From: Pedosphaera sp.
Lineage (GTDB): Bacteria; Verrucomicrobiota; Verrucomicrobiia; Limisphaerales; SIBH01
Assembly: GCA_031414955.1 (NCBI GenBank)
Contig: JANOQV010000056.1
Span: forward strand, 32,001-96,000
Direction: 5' to 3'
DNA length: 64,000 nt
Shown here: positions 55,629 to 64,000 of the stretch, piece after piece
Numbering within the stretch: the first letter of the stretch is position 1
How the letters are laid out: every line of letters begins with the position of its first letter
Position numbers and translations under genes: made by a program
Notes under the pieces: model-generated
Seen by the model: only the letters and a program-made list of their open reading frames with translations
Databases searched by the model: none
Told to the model about the DNA's origin: nothing

Positions 55629-57041
55629 TTAGAATTTCCAGACGGCATCCAGTTGCACCCGGTGCGCGCCGCTCTGCTCGGTGCTGGCCCGCTGGCCATT
55701 GACCACGCCTACGACTCTCGGGGTGTCGATGAGTTCATAGTGGTAATACGTCACCCCCACGGTGAGCGCATCGGACAGGGAATACCCCAGCTTGGCGACG
55801 TGCCCTTGCAGGCCGGTGCCAGGACGGTAGCCGGCGGATTGGGCCGAACCGCTCAGCGCGACCTGGCGGTAGGCACCCGTGTCTGAATCGACGAACTCTT
55901 CATACCAGGCGTCGGACTCGAGGCGTTTGAAGCGATAGGAAGCCTCCCAAGTGCCTTTCTTGCCGGTCTTGCCCAGGAACAATCCCACCCAGTAACCCTC
56001 GTTGTCCTGGTCCGCGCCGGTGTTCATCATGAATTCGCCACCGACCCGGATCGGGAACGGGCCGGGGTAAAGCGGGAACTTGGCCACGCTGTAGGTGACG
56101 CTCGCATCGGCCACGATGGGCATGAAATTGGCCACGAGGTCGCCCGCCAAGTGCGTTCCCGACGCCGCCAGATAGCGCGTGTTACCGGTGTTAATGTTCG
56201 GCACCGAGCCATTGCCCAAGTTCTGCTCATGGAAGAGCGCCAGCCACCCCACCCCCACCGTGCTGACCAGCTCCGGCGTCCACTTGGCGTCGTAGCGCAG
56301 TTGCGAACCGATGAGATACGGATCCTCACTGGCCTGGGAGCCTTGATTGATTTCATCCAGCATGAACCCACCGTTGTTCAGCTTGAGGGAGTGTTGGTCA
56401 TTGAAGGCATAACCCGCCTGAATGGCCATGCCCTCCGGCGTGTAGTCTTGATCAAACACCATGTCCGAGACCACGAACGGGTTCTCCATCTTGCCGATAG
56501 TGGTGCTCAACAACCACGGGCCGCTGTTGATCGGCGTCCATTTGCCGTAGGCCAGATCGATGTAAACAAACTTCTTCGATCCGTTGTCTTGAAAGGATGC
56601 GTTGCCAGAAATCGGGTCGCCACCCAGGGAGTTTGGCTCGCCCGAAGTCAGCCGGAAGCCCAGCTCAAATCCTTCCTTCATTTGCACCGTGGCCCCGAAA
56701 CGCATCCGGTAGCGGAAGCGGGAGCGATCTTTGTTCGGCTCACTGGCTCCGGGATGTTCGTTGTCCGTCTTGACGAAGTCCCAGCGCCCACGCAGATCGC
56801 CGTGCAGCTTGATTTGCGTCACCCAGTCCGGCATCCCGGACTTGGACTGGTAGGCCTTGCGGAATCCCTGGTCGGACTGCTCGCGCAGCTCGTTCGCCTC
56901 TTTGACCGAGAGCACGCCTTTATCCACGAGCTTGTCGAGCAAGGCGTCGGCGGATTGCGCTTGGACCATCGGCATGGTGAGACCGGCGGCCAGAAGGACC
57001 GCCCCCAGAGCGGCCCAAGTGAGTTGTTTGTTTTTGATCAT
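55629..57041 (-). CDS. Putative porin at the head of the pst operon
   Basis: Signal peptide, LLDKLVDKGVL, GDLRGR, RFRYRMRFG, C-terminal WKF. Confidence 0.85.
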   Translation of the reverse strand: MIKNKQLTWAALGAVLLAAGLTMPMVQAQSADALLDKLVDKGVLSVKEANELREQSDQGFRKAYQSKSGMPDWVTQIKLHGDLRGRWDFVKTDNEHPGASEPNKDRSRFRYRMRFGATVQMKEGFELGFRLTSGEPNSLGGDPISGNASFQDNGSKKFVYIDLAYGKWTPINSGPWLLSTTIGKMENPFVVSDMVFDQDYTPEGMAIQAGYAFNDQHSLKLNNGGFMLDEINQGSQASEDPYLIGSQLRYDAKWTPELVSTVGVGWLALFHEQNLGNGSVPNINTGNTRYLAASGTHLAGDLVANFMPIVADASVTYSVAKFPLYPGPFPIRVGGEFMMNTGADQDNEGYWVGLFLGKTGKKGTWEASYRFKRLESDAWYEEFVDSDTGAYRQVALSGSAQSAGYRPGTGLQGHVAKLGYSLSDALTVGVTYYHYELIDTPRVVGVVNGQRASTEQSGAHRVQLDAVWKF

Positions 57042-57200
57042 AGTTTGGTGGTTGCGTTGTTTGGAGAATCAGAAGATCAGCCCGACACAGCGCTGGACGT
57101 GGCGCACCGCAGCGGCCCGCACCGCCCGATCTTGGCCGAATGAAAAGTCATGTTCATCGCGTCTGGTAAAATTGAACGCGCCCATTCATGGCGGACACAT

Positions 57201-57240
57201 CTGACAGACAAAGGGCGAATCCGTGACAACTGGGTGACGA
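57201..57240 (-). promoter_or_regulatory. Pho-box-like direct-repeat array
   Basis: Minus strand TCGTCAC-ccag-TTGTCAC-ggat-TCGCCCT-ttgt-CTGTCAG; GTCA units in 11-bp register. Confidence 0.6.
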
Positions 57241-57393
57241 AATCAGCCCTTCTCGCCGGGACTTGCTCGTCCTTTGCCCGGGCCAGGAACTTCGAGGCCT
57301 TGTTCTGCGGCTCAAACCGCAGCCAGGTGGAACCTCACTTTTCGGCCAAGATTATTCGTGCGTTCATCGCCTTCGTCTCTCACTCTGCCGCCC

Positions 57394-58020
57394 ATGTTTT
57401 CACTGCAAAAGCTCCTTGGAAAAGATGACAAGTTTTTTGACCTGCTCCAGGCCAGTGCCGAGGAAGGGGTTCACAGTGTGGCCGCGCTCAAGCGCATCCT
57501 CACCAATCCCTCCGTCACTCCCACCCTGGATGAGTTCGTCGCCACCCGGCGCAAGGACAAGGCCATTACCAACGAGATCAGCCAGATGCTGGTCAAAACC
57601 TTCGTCACGGCGTTGGAACGCGAGGACATCGAGGCCCTTTCCAACGTGCTCTACAAGGTGCCCAAGATTATCGAGAAGTTCGCCGAGCGTTACATCCTCT
57701 GCGCCCCCCAACTGCGCGGGGTGAAGTTCGATGTCCAACTCGCCATGCTCGAAGAGGCCACCCAGACCGTGGTCGCCATGCTCAAGGAGTTGAAGAAGCA
57801 CGATCTCGCCTCCATTGCCCGCCACAACTCCAAGCTGCAGAAGCTTGAGGGCGATGCGGACAAGCTGATGCTCGAGGAATTCCGCGAACTCTACAGCGGC
57901 AAGTACGAGCCCCTCACCGCCATGGCCCTCAAAGATCTCTATGAGTTGCTGGAAAAGGTCTTCGACCGCTGCCGCGACGCCGGCAATGTCGTCTCCCACG
58001 TCGTGCTGAAACACTCCTGA
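57394..58020 (+). CDS. DUF47 family phosphate transport regulator
   Basis: KFFDLL, TFVTALEREDI, LEGDAD, LEKVFDRCRD; directly upstream of pit. Confidence 0.9.
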   Translation: MFSLQKLLGKDDKFFDLLQASAEEGVHSVAALKRILTNPSVTPTLDEFVATRRKDKAITNEISQMLVKTFVTALEREDIEALSNVLYKVPKIIEKFAERYILCAPQLRGVKFDVQLAMLEEATQTVVAMLKELKKHDLASIARHNSKLQKLEGDADKLMLEEFRELYSGKYEPLTAMALKDLYELLEKVFDRCRDAGNVVSHVVLKHS

Positions 58021-58026
58021 AGTCCC

Positions 58027-59406
58027 ATGACGCTGATCCTCACGGTCATTGTCGTCGCCTTGGTGTTTGAATACATAAACGGCTTCCACGACACGGCCAA
58101 TTCCATCGCCACCGTGGTCTCGACCAAGGTGCTGACCGCGCGCGAGGCCATCATGCTCGCCGCCGTGACCAATCTGCTCGGCGCCTTCTTCGGTCTGGCC
58201 GTGGCCAAGACCATTTCCAGCGGCCTGGTCGATTCGGGGTTCGTCAATCAGGAGGTCATCATCTGCGCCCTGCTCGGGGCCATCACCTGGAACCTCGTCA
58301 CCTGGTGGTTCGGCATCCCGAGCAGTTCCACCCACGCCATTGTGGGCGGCCTGGTCGGCGCGGCGCTGGCCGCGGCCATTTGCATGAGCGCCCAAAAGCC
58401 CCTGGTGGACAAGGCCGGCCAGCCGGTCTCGGTCTGGAGCGCCATCAAGTGGAATGAAGTGAAGGAAAAGAAGGAGAAAAGCCTGGTGGAGGCGACCCCG
58501 GAGTTGAGGGCCGCGCTCGGCGAGACCGCCCGGACGAACGGCACTCATACCGTGAAGATCGGCACCAACAAGGTTCAGGCCGTGGTCTTCGGAGGGCGCG
58601 TGCAAATGGTCACGGAGAAGACCAAGATCGACAAGGCGGGCATCCTGAACAAAGTCGTCATCCCCATGGTCACCTCGCCGCTGATTGGTTTCACCGTCGG
58701 TCTCATCTTCATGAGCCTGCTTTACCTGCTGCTCCAGAAGGCGCGGCCTTTTTGGGTCAATCGCGTCTTCGGCAAGCTGCAACTGGTCAGCGCAGGCTAC
58801 ATGGGTTTCAGCCACGGTATGAATGACGCCACCAAGACCATGGGCATCATCACCCTCGCCTTGGTCGCCGGCACCAAGTCCGGCCTGCTGGACGACGCCT
58901 CGGGCCTGTTCAGTTTCTTGCGCACCGCCGAAGGCTCCGATCCGATGCATCTGCCCGTGGGCAGCCAGCTCATCGGCCTGCTCCCGAGCTGGCTTCAATT
59001 CGGCTACATGCCGCCCATCGGCGACGCCAAGAGCCAGGTGGTCCCGGCCTGGGTGGTCGTGACCTGCGCCATCACCATGGCCGCCGGAACGGCCGCCGGC
59101 GGATGGAAGATCATCAGGACCATGGGCCACAAGATGGTGAAGCTCCAACCCGTCCACGGTTTCGCCGCCGAAACCACCGCCGCCACTGTCCTATTCGTGA
59201 CCGGCACGCTGGGCATGCCCGTCTCGACCACGCACGCCATCACCAGTTCAATTCTCGGCGTGGGTTGCGCCAAGCGGCTCAGCTCCCTGAAGTTTGGCGT
59301 CGTGGAACCCATTCTTTGGGCCTGGGTGCTGACCATTCCGGCGGCGGGTTCCGTGGCCTTTGCCCTGGTCTGGCTGGGCAACAAGCTCGGGATGATCAAG
59401 TTCTGA
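58027..59406 (+). CDS. pit: Inorganic phosphate transporter (PiT family)
   Basis: NGFHDTANSIAT, GIPSSSTHA, SHGMNDATK, PVSTTH. Confidence 0.95.
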   Translation: MTLILTVIVVALVFEYINGFHDTANSIATVVSTKVLTAREAIMLAAVTNLLGAFFGLAVAKTISSGLVDSGFVNQEVIICALLGAITWNLVTWWFGIPSSSTHAIVGGLVGAALAAAICMSAQKPLVDKAGQPVSVWSAIKWNEVKEKKEKSLVEATPELRAALGETARTNGTHTVKIGTNKVQAVVFGGRVQMVTEKTKIDKAGILNKVVIPMVTSPLIGFTVGLIFMSLLYLLLQKARPFWVNRVFGKLQLVSAGYMGFSHGMNDATKTMGIITLALVAGTKSGLLDDASGLFSFLRTAEGSDPMHLPVGSQLIGLLPSWLQFGYMPPIGDAKSQVVPAWVVVTCAITMAAGTAAGGWKIIRTMGHKMVKLQPVHGFAAETTAATVLFVTGTLGMPVSTTHAITSSILGVGCAKRLSSLKFGVVEPILWAWVLTIPAAGSVAFALVWLGNKLGMIKF

Positions 59407-59427
59407 CACTCGACCAGACTCGGCGCG

Positions 59428-59456
59428 AAACGGTGCGGAGTCCCCGCACCGTTTTT
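59428..59456 (+). terminator. Probable intrinsic terminator
   Basis: aaacggtgcgg-agtc-cccgcaccgttttt. Confidence 0.65.
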
Positions 59457-59474
59457 GCTTTTACGCTCCCCAAC

Positions 59475-59849
59475 TCAGGCCCGCCGGCGTCCGAAGGCCA
59501 GATAAAGCGCCGGCATCAGGAACAAGTTCAACAACGTGGAAGTCACCAGCCCGCCGAGAATCACGATCGCCATCGGGAATTCGATCTCGTGGCCAGGAAT
59601 GTTTCCACGCCACACCAGCGGCAGCAGTGCGAGCGCGGCACAGGCGGCGGTCATCAGGATGGGCGCGAGCCGTTCCTCCGCGCCGCGCAGGACAAGCTTG
59701 AGTCCGAAAGGTTCGTTCTCCTCGACCTCCAAGTGCCGGTAATGACTGATGAGCATGATGCCGTTGCGCGCGGCAATGCCGAGCACGGTCACAAATCCCA
59801 CCAGCGAACCGAGCGACAAAATCCCGCCGCCGAGAAACGCGCCGGCCAC
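59475..59849 (-). pseudogene. C-terminal fragment of a CusA/CzcA-type RND efflux permease
   Basis: [44 protein letters not shown]; only about 124 aa. Confidence 0.85.
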
Positions 59850-59858
59850 GGCATAGAT

Positions 59859-60288
59859 CTAGGAGATCCGACCCAGCAACAGCGCCACGTAGCCCATGGC
59901 GCCCAGACTTCTGAGCAGCGCGCCAACAAGGAGTTGGAGCTTCGGGAGCGCAGAAATCAGGCGCAGCCCGCGGGCGACCCTCAGCACCGCGCCCAAGGGC
60001 CCCGCGGCCGACAGCAGGCACAACAAGACGATGACGAAGTCGAAAACATTCCAGCCTTCGCGGAAAAACTCCCAGGGCCGGCGCCCGTGAGCCCCGAGGC
60101 GCAAAGCCATTTCGATGATAAACATGCCCATCACGCAGGCGTGGGAGAAAGGAAGCCATGGATCGAAGCGCGCCACCAATGCGGTGTTCGTCTCCAGGCC
60201 AACGAGCAGGCCAGAGAATATGATTACGCTGGCGATGCCGTGCAGGAAGCCGGGGGGAGGAGGTGAGCCGCAAGCAAGTGGCTGTCAT
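59859..60288 (-). pseudogene. Frameshifted, truncated voltage-gated ion channel (Ion_trans; S1-S4 only)
   Basis: LVGLET, FFREGWNVFDFVIV, S4 LRVARGLRLIS, stop early in S5; +1 shift near the G run at 60252-60257. Confidence 0.8.
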
Positions 60289-60291
60289 CGT

Positions 60292-61152
60292 TCAGGCTTG
60301 GGCGAGTGTGCGTGAAAAATGTGATGGTACGCGCAGGGCGCGACGCTGGGGAACCTTCGGCAGCAGGTGCTCGCGGCCAGTGCGGGGATTTTCCCGGAAG
60401 TCACCCGCATGGCTCACGCCAAACTCCGGCAGGCCCGCCAACCCTTCGCAGTATTTCGCCGCGCCGCATTGCACGAGGTCGAAGCGTTCGACCATGTGCC
60501 GGCACCACTCCGGGAAACGGTCCGTGAACTTCAGCTCCAGGATGACCCGGTCGCCAAAAGGTTCGGCGGGATTTTCCATCCTGGTGCGAAAGCTGGCGGT
60601 GGCCCGGGCCTCGGTGCGGACGGCGCGATCCAGGGTGACGCGCACATTGTCACTCATTGGATCCACGTAGGCCTCGCGCAAATAGGCGATGTGCGCCATC
60701 GGGCGGGCGTGAATGCGCTCGATGAGTTTCAGGAAATTCTGAATGGCGAGGAGCGACTTGGGGCTATCGCTCAGGAGGTCTTTCGGGCCGGGCAGATGGC
60801 CGGCGAGCAGCCAGGGCACCGCAGCTTTTCGCACGCCGCCGCGCTGCTTCAGAATGCAGTTGTTCACGCGCCGCTTGATTTCAAAAAAGACCGGCGACTC
60901 GGGCTGGTCGTTGTAGAAGCGCAGACGCAGCTTGTAGCGGTTCTTGTCGCCATTGATGGTGGACCAGAAGGTTTCGAGCCCCCCGGAGTCGAGGTAGAGA
61001 CTGTGGACCGGGTAGCTGAAATCCGGCTTGCCGACGCCGTTCTCGTCGAGTTCGAGATGCGCGAGCAGCTCATGGCGGATGGCCCGGGCCTGGTGTTCGT
61101 CGAGCATGTATTTCTGCTCGAAGCGCTGGCGTTGCATGCGGTCGGCTGGCAT
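60292..61152 (-). CDS. VTC-domain (polyphosphate polymerase-like) protein
   Basis: RFEQKY, SLYLDS, KLRLRFY, FFEIKRR, YLREAY, RVTLD, ILELKF, KYC. Confidence 0.88.
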   Translation of the reverse strand: MPADRMQRQRFEQKYMLDEHQARAIRHELLAHLELDENGVGKPDFSYPVHSLYLDSGGLETFWSTINGDKNRYKLRLRFYNDQPESPVFFEIKRRVNNCILKQRGGVRKAAVPWLLAGHLPGPKDLLSDSPKSLLAIQNFLKLIERIHARPMAHIAYLREAYVDPMSDNVRVTLDRAVRTEARATASFRTRMENPAEPFGDRVILELKFTDRFPEWCRHMVERFDLVQCGAAKYCEGLAGLPEFGVSHAGDFRENPRTGREHLLPKVPQRRALRVPSHFSRTLAQA

Positions 61153-61169
61153 AGGCTTTGGTTCTTTGG

Positions 61170-62153
61170 TTAATGCGCGGAGATCGGGGTGGCCGCCGAG
61201 TCCGGCAGCGGCGGAGTTGAAGTCTTTTTGACTGGCCTGGGTCGCAGCAACGACCAGACGACGCTCGTGCCGAGGATGAGCACGATGACGACGAGGGAGA
61301 CCAGCGTGTCGAGCTTCCAAGCCGTGTGGGCGAGAAGCATTTTCACGCCGACGAAGGTCAGCACGGCGCCCAAGCCGATCTTGAGGTAATGGAATTTGTC
61401 CATCACTCCCGCCAGCGCGAAGTAGAGCGAGCGCAAGCCAAGGATGGCGAAGACGTTCGAGGTATAGACGATGAACGGATCGGTGGTGACGGCGAAGATG
61501 GCCGGGATGCTGTCCACCGCGAAGATGACATCGGTGATCTCCACCAGCAGCAGCACGACAAACAGAGGCGTGGCCATGCGAATGCCATTTTCACGAACGA
61601 AGAACTTGTCGCCGCGATAGTCACTGGTCACGGGCATGAGTCGCTTGAACCCTCTCACCACCGGGTTGCGCTCGGGGTGGATCTCCTCGGCGCGCTTCAC
61701 GATCATTTTGATGCCCGTGAGAACAAGGAACCCGCCAAAGATATAGATGATCCAGGCGAACTTCGTGATGAGCGCCGCGCCCCCGACAATCATGACAGCC
61801 CGCATGATGAGCGCGCCGAGGATGCCCCAGAACAAAACCTTGTGCTGATAGAGTGGCGGCACAGCGAAGTACGAGAACAGGAGGGCGAAGACAAACACGT
61901 TGTCCACGCTCAAGGATTTCTCGATGACGTATCCGGTGAAGAACTCCAGTCCCTTCTGCGATCCGGCGAAATGCCACACGCCGACGTTGAACGCCAAGGC
62001 GAGCGTCACCCACACCACCGTCCAGGTCATGGACTCCTTGAAGGTGACGACGTGCGATTTGCGGTGAAAGACGCCGAGGTCGATCGCCAGCATCGCGAGC
62101 ACGAAGAGGTTGAAACCGACCCACAGCCACATTGTATCTGTCATCATTGTCAT
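61170..62153 (-). CDS. TerC/Alx family membrane protein
   Basis: IEKSLSVDNVFVF, DVIFAVDSIPAIFA, SNVFAILGLRSLYF. Confidence 0.95.
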   Translation of the reverse strand: MTMMTDTMWLWVGFNLFVLAMLAIDLGVFHRKSHVVTFKESMTWTVVWVTLALAFNVGVWHFAGSQKGLEFFTGYVIEKSLSVDNVFVFALLFSYFAVPPLYQHKVLFWGILGALIMRAVMIVGGAALITKFAWIIYIFGGFLVLTGIKMIVKRAEEIHPERNPVVRGFKRLMPVTSDYRGDKFFVRENGIRMATPLFVVLLLVEITDVIFAVDSIPAIFAVTTDPFIVYTSNVFAILGLRSLYFALAGVMDKFHYLKIGLGAVLTFVGVKMLLAHTAWKLDTLVSLVVIVLILGTSVVWSLLRPRPVKKTSTPPLPDSAATPISAH

Positions 62154-62350
62154 CGACCGACGCTTGAGAAGTCGCCGGACCGATCCCCCTTTAGCTGCCA
62201 GTGTGCCAGCGACTGACTCGATGAGGAACCGCAGGTTTGCTGAGGGAACGAAAGAATTACGCTCCTCCGCAAAAGGCGGGCATGGCCAGAAGGAAGCCTC
62301 CCCTGCTCAACCGCTGGCCCGGAGTGAATCCCCTCGGCCACGATCCGCCG

Positions 62351-63676
62351 TCAGTTGCTCGGCGGCTTTTGGCCGGCCGGCTGCGAAGTGAGAGCCAGCA
62401 CTTTGTCCACTCGATGACCGTCCATGTCGAGGATCTCGAAGACGTAGCCTTGCGCTTCGACGGTCTCGCCTTCGCGTGGCACGCGGCCCAGCGCCTTCAC
62501 GACAAAACCAGCGAGGGTCTGAAAATCCTTGTTCTGCGCGGCGCTCAAGCGGAAGCCGGGCAACGCTGCCTCGACACGCTCAATCTCAATCATCGCGTCG
62601 ATAAGCCAGGAGCCATCGTCGCGTTTCTTGATCGCGGGCCGGGCACGTTCTTCGAGCGAGGGAAATTCACCGACGAGAGCCTCCATCACGTCGTGCAATG
62701 CCACCAGACCGACGATGCTGCCGAACTCGTCCGTGACCAGCGCAAGGTGTTTGCCGGTCTGCTTAAAAACGTCGAGCAGTTGGATGGCGGTTTGTGTTGC
62801 TGGAACGATGAACGGCTTGGTCATGATGTCGGCGGTCCGCGCGGTGGTCCCGGCGGCGAGGTTCGCGTAAATCGACTTCACCGAAACGATGCCCACGACG
62901 TTGTCGCGCTGGCCTTCATAAACCGGGAAGTGCGAATGGCCGCTGACGACGATCTTGTGCCAGATGACGTCGTGCGGATCGTTCTTGTTGACCCAGATGA
63001 TTTTCGGACGCGGAGCCATCAGATCCCGCACGGTCAGCTGATCAAGATCGAGCGCGCTGTGGATGATGTGGCTCTCGACCTTGTTGAAGGCACCGGCGCG
63101 AACGCCTTCCTGCATCAAGCCGCGCACCTCGTCCTCGGTGACGGCCGCGTCGGCACGGGGCTTCACGCCGAACAACCGCAGCAGCACCTCGGTGGATTTG
63201 CTGAGAAAGGTGATGAGCGGCGCGGTGAGCACGGAAAGCCGGTTCATGAATTTCGCCATGACGAGCGCGATGCCTTCGGGATTGCCCAGGCCGATGCGCT
63301 TGGGCACCAGCTCGCCGATGACGAGCGAAAAGTAGGTGATGGCGATCACGACCAGACCGAGCGAAACCTGTTTTGCGTAGGGAGCGAGCCAGGCAATTTG
63401 CCCCAACGGCTGGGCCAGTTTCTCAGCCAGCGTCGCGCCGCCGAACGCGCCCGCGAAAATGCCGACGAGCGTGATACCCAACTGCACGGTGGAAAGGAAA
63501 CGGTTCGGCGACTCCGCGAGTTCCAGCGCCGTGCGTGCGCGCGAGTCGCCTTGCTCGGCGAGACGGCGCAAGCGTGGTTTGCGCGCGGAGACGATGGCGA
63601 TCTCCGTCATGGCGAACACACCGTTCGCCACGAGGAGAAGCAGCAGCACGAGGACTTCGGTCACAATAACTGTCAT
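62351..63676 (-). CDS. Hemolysin-family CNNM/CBS/CorC-domain protein
   Basis: NGVFAMTEIAIVSAR, FLSTVQLGITL, GELVPK, DEFG, QTLAGF. Confidence 0.93.
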   Translation of the reverse strand: MTVIVTEVLVLLLLLVANGVFAMTEIAIVSARKPRLRRLAEQGDSRARTALELAESPNRFLSTVQLGITLVGIFAGAFGGATLAEKLAQPLGQIAWLAPYAKQVSLGLVVIAITYFSLVIGELVPKRIGLGNPEGIALVMAKFMNRLSVLTAPLITFLSKSTEVLLRLFGVKPRADAAVTEDEVRGLMQEGVRAGAFNKVESHIIHSALDLDQLTVRDLMAPRPKIIWVNKNDPHDVIWHKIVVSGHSHFPVYEGQRDNVVGIVSVKSIYANLAAGTTARTADIMTKPFIVPATQTAIQLLDVFKQTGKHLALVTDEFGSIVGLVALHDVMEALVGEFPSLEERARPAIKKRDDGSWLIDAMIEIERVEAALPGFRLSAAQNKDFQTLAGFVVKALGRVPREGETVEAQGYVFEILDMDGHRVDKVLALTSQPAGQKPPSN

Positions 63677-64000
63677 GCGCGAAAGCTAGCGGGTCACGGC
63701 GTTCGCGTCACGAGCGACGCGACCCGACAGACTTTCTCGCTGGCGGGAGCCGCTCGTGAACATCCGCGCAGCCAGCAACCCAACGATGGCAGCAAAGTGA
63801 TGAGCGACGGTGCCTCGCACGCATCATTGTCGCGGCAGGCCCCCGACTCCCGCCCTCGTCAAAACGGGTCAGGGTCTATTGGTCGATTTCGCCGAGAGAT
63901 AAACCCTGGCCTGTTCCACTGCCATTTCGGCGGGGCCAGCCGAAGCGAAATCGTTCACGCTTGGCGGTGGTGCGGTCGGATTGGGTTACCGGCGGGTCCT

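Noticed and set aside
57400..59157. Long antisense ORFs (also 2369-3745, 19916-21445, 42196-43863, 47520-48749)
   Set aside because: Shadow frames of well-supported genes, expected from high-GC codon bias

Overview
GC-rich bacterial DNA. The gene content and protein styles (PVC-type heme-c protein, sulfatase, C-terminal 'E-S-x-(N/D)-L-x-x-W...F-x-R-L' domains) suggest Verrucomicrobiota; this is an inference. From left to right: an RHS polymorphic-toxin locus (RHS with an ADP-ribosyltransferase-like tip, a small putative immunity gene, then a near-identical second RHS core with no tip); priA; a coiled-coil/prenyltransferase pair; a carbohydrate cluster (MFS, AGE epimerase, sulfatase, oxidoreductases) with an embedded nucleotidyltransferase pair; agmatine deiminase; a cyclophilin fusion, a carbamoyltransferase and a methyltransferase. 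A ~10.1 kb island follows, bounded by a 201-bp direct repeat of the yjbQ 3' end. It carries an ECF sigma factor, a membrane Ser/Thr kinase and three secreted-protein genes, each preceded by an exact TGTAAC-N16-CGTT ECF-type promoter motif, which makes it the best candidate for an undescribed self-contained system. Next come housekeeping genes, argH, and a large phosphate locus (porin-pstSCAB-phoU divergent from DUF47-pit, with a Pho-box-like array). This locus abuts a CNNM/TerC/VTC cluster that ends in fused ion-channel and RND gene remnants. Short-tandem-repeat hairpins occur in frame inside priA and form the signal-peptide-like N-termini of two genes. All assignments come from reading motifs by eye; no database searches were run.
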